The position numbers and the translations under genes were made by a program. This document shows positions 43,444 through 50,263 of a stretch of DNA of 50,263 bases, in pieces. The DNA is from an uncultured Rhodoluna sp. (GTDB lineage Bacteria; Actinomycetota; Actinomycetes; Actinomycetales; Microbacteriaceae): NCBI GenBank assembly GCA_964633625.1, contig CAZWHL010000003.1, positions 1-50,263 on the forward strand, read 5' to 3'. Below the pieces are notes generated by a model that saw nothing but the letters and a program-made list of their open reading frames with translations, had not been told where the DNA came from and ran no database searches. Each line of letters begins with the position of its first letter. Position 1 is the stretch's first letter.

Positions 43444-44601
43444 ATGGCAACAACAAAACCACGCAATCGTCGCCGCAATCCTTGGGGTGCAATTCGTGAA
43501 TTGGAATCAGGTGCATACCAAGCAAGTTATCTAGGTCCAGATGGAGTTCGCTATCTAGCTCCTCACACTTTTCAATTCCGTTCACAAGCCACAGATTTCC
43601 TAGCCAAAACTCGCACTTCAATTATTGAAAATTCGTGGACTTCTCCCAAAGTCGTAGAAGCTAAGAATGAGAGTTTTCGCTTTTATGACTACGTAGTTCG
43701 TCATATTGAACTTCAAACAAATAAAAACGGCATTCCTTTGCGTGAGTCTACGAAACTTCTATACGTGAAGTTGTTGAATTTGCACTTGATTGACTTCCAC
43801 GATATGGATGTAAGGGACATTACAAAACCAATGGTGGATGAATGGTGGCACAAGTCCCTCAAGGCTGGCAAGAAAACCACAACATCTAAGGCTTACAAGT
43901 TACTTAGCGTAGTTATGAAACGTGCAACCCTTGATGAAATTCGTGAAACCAACCCATGCAAGGTTGTTGGGGCCCATTCCACATCTACAGGTGTCACAAA
44001 GTATGTGCCCACCCCGTCAGAGGTTGCTCTCCTCGCTAAGTCAATTCATCCTCGTTTTTCTGCCCTAGTGATGATTGCTGCATACTCAGGGATGCGCTAT
44101 CAGGAATTTGCGGAATTGCGTCGCAAGGATGTCTCACTAACAGTCAACGGTGAAGTTTCTCAATACGTTCTGGACATTTCACGCGCCATCTCTTGGGTAA
44201 ATGGAAGCCCATTGGTTGGGCCAACAAAGAGCGCTGCTGGTACTCGCCAAATTGAAGTGCATTCGTCTCTAACTGACCTAATCACAGCCCACTTAAGCCT
44301 CTTGCCAGAGGACCCAGAAACACTGATTTTCGCCTCTGCAAGCGGAAGCCATTTACGTCACGACGTTTTTATGGGTGCATGGAATAGGGCCGTGAAGAAA
44401 GCTGGAATCCAGGGTCCTAATTTCACACCACACTCATTGCGTCACTTTGGGGCGACTTACTATGCCAAGGCTGGTGGCTCCCTCGCGGAACTTCAGCGTT
44501 GGCTTGGCGATTCAAGTAAGGCTGTATTGGTCTACCTACATGCGACAAATCAGGGTGGTCATTTCGCAAACCTCATGGAAATTGATGAGGACAATCTCTA
44601 G
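43444..44601 (+). CDS. int: Tyrosine recombinase/integrase
   Basis: N-terminal WGAIREL.SG.YQASY arm-binding domain, NPC, GMRYQE, PTKS, HSLRH, LGDSS, catalytic Y in LVYLH; start ATG 43444. Confidence 0.93.
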   Translation: MATTKPRNRRRNPWGAIRELESGAYQASYLGPDGVRYLAPHTFQFRSQATDFLAKTRTSIIENSWTSPKVVEAKNESFRFYDYVVRHIELQTNKNGIPLRESTKLLYVKLLNLHLIDFHDMDVRDITKPMVDEWWHKSLKAGKKTTTSKAYKLLSVVMKRATLDEIRETNPCKVVGAHSTSTGVTKYVPTPSEVALLAKSIHPRFSALVMIAAYSGMRYQEFAELRRKDVSLTVNGEVSQYVLDISRAISWVNGSPLVGPTKSAAGTRQIEVHSSLTDLITAHLSLLPEDPETLIFASASGSHLRHDVFMGAWNRAVKKAGIQGPNFTPHSLRHFGATYYAKAGGSLAELQRWLGDSSKAVLVYLHATNQGGHFANLMEIDEDNL

Positions 44602-44618
44602 TTTCGCCGTTGGCAAAC

Positions 44619-44673
44619 AAGCTGGTCCCTTTGTATTTGAATGACCTAACATTCTTAACACAGGGACCAGCTT
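44619..44673 (+). terminator. Long hairpin after int
   Basis: Perfect 12-bp arms AAGCTGGTCCCT / AGGGACCAGCTT plus inner GAATG/CATTC. Confidence 0.65.
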
Positions 44674-44792
44674 CCCTCTAATTACAAGAAAGGCTTGACG
44701 TGAACGAATTCGTTCCAATCCAAGAAAGACCATAGGCGCTGCCCTTGCGGTCAAAGAGACTGCACAGCGCCTTGGTCCAGAAATGGACGATT

Positions 44793-45038
44793 ATGTCAAA
44801 GCCAGAACCTCTTCTAACTCTTGAAGATGCAGCAGATTTCTACGGAATTTGCACACGAACAGTCACAAAGCTCACTATTGAGAAAACTATCCGTGGGTAC
44901 AAGGTAGGTCGCCAGTGGCGCTACTTTGAATCAGACTTAATTGAAGCGTTGGTTCCTCTAACTGAGTTGCGCGAGAAGTCCGCAAAATATTCTCCTAACC
45001 AAAACAAGGCACGCCAGCCAAAAAAGGCTTCCTACTAA
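44793..45038 (+). CDS. Excisionase-like (MerR/HTH_17) DNA-binding protein
   Basis: LLTLEDAADFYGICTRTV...GYKVGRQWRY; start reassigned to ATG 44793. Confidence 0.88.
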   Translation: MSKPEPLLTLEDAADFYGICTRTVTKLTIEKTIRGYKVGRQWRYFESDLIEALVPLTELREKSAKYSPNQNKARQPKKASY

Positions 45039-45130
45039 CTATCACTCGCGAGCAGAAACCTGCCCGTGGTGATTAGTTTGATTACAGTCGCGCTCCCCGC
45101 AGGTTGCTGCTCCCTAAACAGGAGCAACTC

Positions 45131-46246
45131 TTGATTAATAATGCAAATAACACTTCGCACCAGGCGGAGTTCAATAAACGTCGTCTTCTTTTATGGGCAA
45201 CCTCTAAATCCATCACCTTCAATACACGGCACAAGAAGTGCGGTCAATCACTAATTGGATTTCTTTTGTTCCGTATGTCCAAGGGGCAAATCTTTTCTAA
45301 GGGTCTTCATACTTGTGGTTCAGTCTGGATTTGCGCTTGGTGCACAGCAAAGCACCGTTTTGAACGTAATTTACAAATCAAAGAAATTATTGAAGCCTTC
45401 CAAACAAGGATTGCTGGCCAAATGTTGCTGCAGACATTTACAGTCTCGCACTCCCCAAATATGCCTTTGAAGAAACTGTTGGTGAACTATTCAAGCGCCT
45501 GGAAATTCTTCAACCAGGGTGATGCAGCCACTAAAGAGAAGCAAACTTATTCCCAATTTGGATTTATTAAAGCCCTAGAAATCAGGTACAGCCGCAAATC
45601 AGGTTGGAATGTGCATGTGCATGTTGTTCGCATGCTGAGTTCATTTCTAAGCCCAAATGATATTTCAGCCTGGCATACCAATTGCGTCAAACGTTGGACA
45701 GCTGCGCTCACCAAAGCTGGTCTTCCTAAGCCATCAAAGTCTGCTCAAGACATTCGTGTCCTTACGCAAACTCCTGGTCTCTCTTCAAGGATGGCGGACT
45801 ATCTGACAAAGCAGGTTACTGTTCCCTTTTTCAAGGAGACTGCCCCGAAGGATGGCTCCCGTTCTGCATGGAATATCCTTGAAGATTATTCTGCGCACAA
45901 GCATTCAGGAGATGCTGCTCTCTGGCGTGAATTTGAATTAGCAACAAAGGGGCATCGTCAACTCCAGACCTCAAGCAACTTGCGCAAAAACCTTGGAGTA
46001 CAGGACCCCTACGCTGTGTCAACTGAAAATGTTGAGTTTATTGATATTTGCTTCTCAGAGAACGGCATCCAGGACCTTGTAAAACGTCCTGAACTTAGGA
46101 GCGCGGCGCACTCTGTCTATAAAAAGTATGGACTTGACTCTCTTTGCACATGGCTAGAAGAACGCGGTATTGAATATGAACTTAAGACTGGCACTACGAA
46201 CCAGGTGAATGAAGATGAGCTTGTTATGGATTGGATTGAGGTTTAG
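45131..46246 (+). CDS. rep: Rolling-circle replication initiator (HUH endonuclease, Rep_1/pIJ101-pC194 type)
   Basis: CG...CGSVWICAWC Zn motif, motif I TFTVSH, motif II WNVHVHV, motif III DYLTK, and W.EFE.AT.G.RQ..S..LR; TTG 45131 has a CAGGAG RBS (ORF open from 45104). Confidence 0.9.
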   Translation: MINNANNTSHQAEFNKRRLLLWATSKSITFNTRHKKCGQSLIGFLLFRMSKGQIFSKGLHTCGSVWICAWCTAKHRFERNLQIKEIIEAFQTRIAGQMLLQTFTVSHSPNMPLKKLLVNYSSAWKFFNQGDAATKEKQTYSQFGFIKALEIRYSRKSGWNVHVHVVRMLSSFLSPNDISAWHTNCVKRWTAALTKAGLPKPSKSAQDIRVLTQTPGLSSRMADYLTKQVTVPFFKETAPKDGSRSAWNILEDYSAHKHSGDAALWREFELATKGHRQLQTSSNLRKNLGVQDPYAVSTENVEFIDICFSENGIQDLVKRPELRSAAHSVYKKYGLDSLCTWLEERGIEYELKTGTTNQVNEDELVMDWIEV

Positions 46247-46306
46247 ACGGACAGTAATAACCATCTCCTAGACAATTTTCATTGAGGACGAAAAGTTAGG
46301 AATCAA

Positions 46307-46501
46307 ATGAAGATTGAGAAGAATGTGCCTGTGACTTTCACTGTTTCTGAAGCTGCAAAGATACTTGGTTGCAGCCGCAGTTTGACGTACCTGCTAGTCA
46401 AGTCTCGTGAGCTTTCCAGTGTCTGCATTCGCGGAGCGCGACGCATCACGGAAGACCAGCTAGTCAGTTATATCAAACGCCTGGAAGCTAAATCCAAATA
46501 A
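46307..46501 (+). CDS. Second excisionase-like HTH protein
   Basis: FTVSEAAKILGCSRSLTYLLV..EL.SVCI.GARRI; AGGA RBS. Confidence 0.9.
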   Translation: MKIEKNVPVTFTVSEAAKILGCSRSLTYLLVKSRELSSVCIRGARRITEDQLVSYIKRLEAKSK

Positions 46502-46559
46502 GTTCTAGCTGATAACAGCGAAATATTTTTCAAAGATTGTTCTACTAACAGTGTCTTAT

Positions 46560-46959
46560 TGGGTCTCTGACATTGGACAGCTCAGGACTCTAGTGAACGG
46601 AACCACCTACTAACTAGAATCCTGGGCCCTGTCAGGCCCATGGTCAACATGCTTAAACAAATGAATGACTAAAGCAGTAGCAGACCGCAACCAGTCAATG
46701 CGCTGCCAGCCTTTAAGCTCCTGGAGGTTAATTTAAGGCTCAACCACCATGGTCTAGTGAAGGGCTTGCGACGATATCCAAACCCTCTCTACGTGTCATA
46801 TATGGACGCGGAGAGGCACATATGGACATGGGTAGGAGGGTACGGTTAGACCGCCGAATTAACACCCCTCCACCAAGGCGTAAATACGCTTGGCAGCTAG
46901 AAACCATAGCAGTAGCCAAATGTCAGAGGCCGTAAATATCGTTTTCTAGACAAAACGAT
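46560..46959. other. Non-coding hairpin array (candidate single-strand origin, packaging signal or ncRNA)
   Basis: At least seven consecutive stem-loops with no credible ORF. Confidence 0.55.
46921..46942 (+). promoter_or_regulatory. RecA-NDp/PafBC-type DNA-damage promoter motif
   Basis: TGTCAG-AGGCCGTAAA-TATCGT fits TGTC(G/A)G-N10-TA-N3-T, 18 nt upstream of ATG 46961. Confidence 0.6.
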
Positions 46960-46960
46960 T

Positions 46961-47275
46961 ATGAGGCTGAAATTGAGAATTATTACTAATCAAAGGGTTT
47001 TACCTTTCACTTCCCTCACCAAGCGCTGCACCTGCGGGACGCGCAAGAAAGCTAATGTGTGCAGACATTGCGACGCTGTTTGCAAAGGAATGATTGGCTC
47101 AGTTAAGGATTGCCCAAAGTGCCTCAGAGTTATGAAGCTGATGAATGTAAAGGATTTTATTGAAAACCACTATTTCGTGGCTTTTGATGAAGAAACCTTA
47201 AACCTGAGCCAAAAGATATTTAGGGCCAATGAAAGAGCAAGGCTTAGAGACGAATACCCATTTGATGAGGACTAA
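46961..47275 (+). CDS. Cys-rich putative zinc-binding hypothetical protein
   Basis: CTC, CRHC, C, CPKC; basic N-terminus, acidic C-terminus. Confidence 0.65.
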   Translation: MRLKLRIITNQRVLPFTSLTKRCTCGTRKKANVCRHCDAVCKGMIGSVKDCPKCLRVMKLMNVKDFIENHYFVAFDEETLNLSQKIFRANERARLRDEYPFDED

Positions 47276-47286
47276 ACGCCAATTCG

Positions 47287-49989
47287 TCAGAGACCTAGGG
47301 AAAGCGCAAAGGCCTCTTTGAATCGCTCTTTCATCTTGGGAGACGTACTTCCAGCGTTGAAGAATGGCAGACCTATGAGTTTGTATTTGTCGCCCGCAAT
47401 GACAATCTGAGCATTTTCTGAAATCTCTTCAAGGAACGATTGCTTCCAGGATTCCTTAGATTGCTTGAAACTTGCATCTGCGTCCAGAAATTGGTCACCT
47501 TTTGGCTCAATTAGAACCTGGAATACCACAGCATCGCCTGAGCCCTTGGTTTTTACGAAGAGCACGAAATCTGGATAAAAAGCCGAGCCATCGTTGAAGC
47601 TGTAGATAGGGAAATGCATCTCATTTCTAAGAAGCATCACATCATCAAACTTTGACTCAATTTCTGACATTGAGGTCTTCATGAAATTTAGGAAATCCTT
47701 TTCCTCAGAAGTTCCCCAAATTTCATTTTGCGCAAACCACTCTTGCATTGAGAGTTCAAATTCTGAAACAGGTCTACTACGTTCGCTGCCTTCATCCAGC
47801 TTCAGAGTCTTATCCTCTGAAAACACGTCTTTAAGCAACACAGGCCTAAATTCACGCGAGCCAACATACTCTGCACCTACACGAGAGGCTGCCGCAAGCA
47901 CCTTAGAAATTACGAAGCGCCCAATAGAGCGTTTTTCAGACTGGGAAAGGCTCTCAAGCTGCGTTTTCGTACCTGAAACTACAACTTCAAGGCCACCAAG
48001 AAACTCATCCTGCAGGATGAAGTCCGAGAGTGAGTCCAACCCTCCAAATAAAGCTTTGATTGACTTGAAAGTACCGCTTGGTAAATCCCAGAGTGCCGTT
48101 CTTAGAACATGTGAGCCCAAAGATAAGAGCGGTATTTTCACAACTTCAGTTGGCTCAATATGGTTGCTAGTAATGGCGTTCCCAAAAATAGCGGTTTCCC
48201 TCACCTGGCGAGTGGGCAATGCAAATGCATTTGCTGGAAGCGTGGCGTCAAACCCTACTTTGGCATCGCGGAAAGAGAAAATCTCCTCATTCAGGTTCTT
48301 TTCTCTTGAGTTCATGAACAAAAGAGCTTCGTTCCAGAATTTAGATGATTTGACGGAAGGCTTAACCCCTAGAGTTCTACTGACACTTCGCTCAGCGATA
48401 ATTCCCGTCTCTGTTAGCGCAACCTTTAGTTCTTGGATATATCGCGGATTAGTTTTTGAGTGATAGTGCAGTTCTTCCAGAATCCTCAAGTCATGATTCG
48501 CATCAGAATCAAATTTTCTCTTCATTCGCTGAGTGCCTGGCTCCCAGTCAAACGGGTAGTAACGAGCACCGCGGCCAATTAGCTGCGCTTCTTCAACAGT
48601 GGTTTTTCCTGCTTTATTTTTTGCTGCGTCACGGGAGTTGTAAAGGCGAACGATGTCAAAGAGATTTAAAACATCCCAGCCTTCGTTAAGTTTCTGAGTA
48701 GCAAATACTGCACGAACCAAATTTGTTGAATCTTCAAGGGTATTTAAGAGGACCTGCTTGGACTCTAAGGCTTCCCCATCGTCAACAGTGAGGCAGTGGT
48801 TCTCCGAGAAATCACGTTTCAACTCATTTGCTAAAGCTGCGAAAGTCAATCCATTCTTTTCAAAGAAGCTAAAGGCTTTTTTCAGGACATCGTTATCTAG
48901 ATTGCTCACTGCCTCAATATCAGCCGCAGAGAGCTCATGTATAAACGCGTGAAAGTTTTCTTTGAAAACGGATGAAACAACAACGCTTTCATCATCAGAG
49001 TGAGCAGCTCCTGCTTTTACTGCGGGCTGAGTCACACGATTTGCCTTTAGCAGAACTACGGGCTTAATTCTTAACTTGTAGGCTTCAGCAACCTTGAGAC
49101 GGTACTGCGATATCACTAAGGCAACAAGAACTCGTTGCATAAGTGAAGTGTCAACTTCAAAAGTATTAACGTCCTTGGAATAGCCGTCAAGCCTGTATTG
49201 CTTGAGGTCATATCTGAAAATAGCTTTTTCTTTGTACTTCTCCAGCACCTCAGGGTACTCAGAATCTAAACGTGCTGTTGCCGTAAATTCAAGCAAGACA
49301 TTGTCTACTGGATTTGAGTTCAGTAGCTTCATGACGGTACTTTCCCATGAGGTCAGATTAAATTCATCCTCCGCAGAAAGCTTCTTTCTAGTGTCAGCCG
49401 TGAGGTTGTGGGCCTCATCCGCAATTAGAACAACCTTCTTACTCCGCAATTCCTCAAAAGTAAGCGAGTTCTCCATTGAGTTGTTCAACTTGTAATGCAA
49501 ATCAGCTGTAGTCGTAAACATGATGTTTATGTCATTGGCGGATGCGCCATCAAAGTTTGTCACATGATTTACCTGGACATTTAGCCCATTGAAGCGAAGC
49601 GGGTTGGCAAAAAGATATTTACTTGAATTTGCTGCTAAGAAGTTAAGTTTTGTCTTTTCAACAATGTTCCCTAGGCGAGTGAAAAAGATGAAGTTCCTGT
49701 AACCACGCTGATATAGGTCCAAAATACTTGCTGCCATGATGACAGTTTTTCCTGAGCCCGTAGCCATGTTGAACAATAAGTGAGTAGGAAATTTCTTATT
49801 TTTATACTCGTCAAAATAGAAAAGGTAGCGACCAATTGCATCCTTTTGATATTCGCGTAGAACTATGCCCTCACGAAGGTTTTCATTTATGGAGCTGCTT
49901 TTCTCTGCTAGAGACTGGAAGTACCCACTCCCTAAATAGCTTCGCTCAACCGCTGAAAGTTCTTCGTCAAGCATGTTATTTAATTCCAT
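47287..49989 (-). CDS. res: Type III restriction endonuclease Res subunit
   Basis: SF2 helicase motifs MATGSGKT, DEAH, FTAT, LNEGWDV, QLIGRGAR; C-terminal nuclease FYPDF...IEPKG (PD-ExK). Confidence 0.93.
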   Translation of the reverse strand: MELNNMLDEELSAVERSYLGSGYFQSLAEKSSSINENLREGIVLREYQKDAIGRYLFYFDEYKNKKFPTHLLFNMATGSGKTVIMAASILDLYQRGYRNFIFFTRLGNIVEKTKLNFLAANSSKYLFANPLRFNGLNVQVNHVTNFDGASANDINIMFTTTADLHYKLNNSMENSLTFEELRSKKVVLIADEAHNLTADTRKKLSAEDEFNLTSWESTVMKLLNSNPVDNVLLEFTATARLDSEYPEVLEKYKEKAIFRYDLKQYRLDGYSKDVNTFEVDTSLMQRVLVALVISQYRLKVAEAYKLRIKPVVLLKANRVTQPAVKAGAAHSDDESVVVSSVFKENFHAFIHELSAADIEAVSNLDNDVLKKAFSFFEKNGLTFAALANELKRDFSENHCLTVDDGEALESKQVLLNTLEDSTNLVRAVFATQKLNEGWDVLNLFDIVRLYNSRDAAKNKAGKTTVEEAQLIGRGARYYPFDWEPGTQRMKRKFDSDANHDLRILEELHYHSKTNPRYIQELKVALTETGIIAERSVSRTLGVKPSVKSSKFWNEALLFMNSREKNLNEEIFSFRDAKVGFDATLPANAFALPTRQVRETAIFGNAITSNHIEPTEVVKIPLLSLGSHVLRTALWDLPSGTFKSIKALFGGLDSLSDFILQDEFLGGLEVVVSGTKTQLESLSQSEKRSIGRFVISKVLAAASRVGAEYVGSREFRPVLLKDVFSEDKTLKLDEGSERSRPVSEFELSMQEWFAQNEIWGTSEEKDFLNFMKTSMSEIESKFDDVMLLRNEMHFPIYSFNDGSAFYPDFVLFVKTKGSGDAVVFQVLIEPKGDQFLDADASFKQSKESWKQSFLEEISENAQIVIAGDKYKLIGLPFFNAGSTSPKMKERFKEAFALSLGL

Positions 49990-50263
49990 AAAATTGCCTG
50001 GTTATTAAGGCGTCATTTGCGCTGAGTCCAGACTTTGAATCAGCCAGTTCAGAGACATTTACATATATTGCGTTCTTGTCTAGAGCTTCAAATAGGACCG
50101 CCTTCCCTTCATTCAAGGTAAGTTCTCCGAACTCTTTTGCATTTGCATTGAATTTAGAAACATCAACCTTGTAGGCCAAAAACGCGGATTCAGACATGTC
50201 AACCCAAATCGCCTGAAGGTCTTTGACAGTTGTCGCGGCTGAAATTCTCTCAACTAGCGAAGC
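49976..50263 (-). CDS. mod: Type III RM Mod (methyltransferase) subunit, C-terminal part (5' end beyond window)
   Basis: Frame open to the window edge; LDKNAIYVN.SE...FYG tail typical of this Mod subfamily; overlaps the res start; MTase motifs not visible in window. Confidence 0.75.
   Translation of the reverse strand, partial: ASLVERISAATTVKDLQAIWVDMSESAFLAYKVDVSKFNANAKEFGELTLNEGKAVLFEALDKNAIYVNVSELADSKSGLSANDALITRQFYGIK

Larger units (their letters stand above)
43330..50263. mobile_element. Integrated rolling-circle element/satellite-like island next to tRNA-Arg (right end beyond window)
   Basis: int-HTH-rep-HTH module, hairpin array, Type III RM cargo, AT-richer composition and loss of GATC/TCGA/CCGG; left boundary approximate. 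Confidence 0.88.

Noticed and set aside
44702-44715. Canonical LexA (SOS) box
   Set aside because: Spacer is N6, not the N4 of GAAC-N4-GTTC; retained only as an unknown operator
46502-46960. CRISPR array, retron msr-msd, or HNH gene remnant
   Set aside because: No repeat-spacer periodicity, no cas or reverse transcriptase gene in the window, and the frames I read lack a start codon and an HNH motif
47681-48463. 260-aa plus-strand ORF
   Set aside because: Entirely antisense to res, Ser-rich shadow translation with no recognisable domain
43330-50263. Complete prophage or inovirus
   Set aside because: No capsid, portal, terminase, tail, lysis or Zot genes in the window

Overview
A 50-kb chromosomal window from a moderate-GC, tightly packed actinobacterium; gene order and protein character point to Microbacteriaceae, probably a freshwater Rhodoluna/Aquiluna-like lineage (inference). 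Bases 1-43,265 are mostly core genes (rsfS, nadD, proAB, obgE, rpmA/rplU, rne, ndk, folC, ileS/valS, clpXP, tig, nei, rpiB, pepN, ettA, ssb, msrA, ald, argG, three tRNAs), plus a secreted phage-fibre-like collagen protein and a decarboxylase/carbamoylputrescine amidase/agmatine deiminase operon. From about 43,330 to the window end lies an AT-richer integrated element beside tRNA-Arg(TCT). It encodes a tyrosine integrase, two Xis-like HTH proteins and a pIJ101/pC194-type rolling-circle Rep, followed by a ~400-nt hairpin array, a Cys-rich ORF behind a PafBC/RecA-NDp-type promoter motif, and a Type III restriction-modification system (res complete, mod cut by the window edge). By manual reading, the last ~7 kb contains no GATC, TCGA or CCGG, although these are common in the host DNA. 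The best candidate for an undescribed system is this restriction-evading, defence-carrying, rolling-circle integrative element or satellite. All calls come from motif recognition by eye, without database searches.
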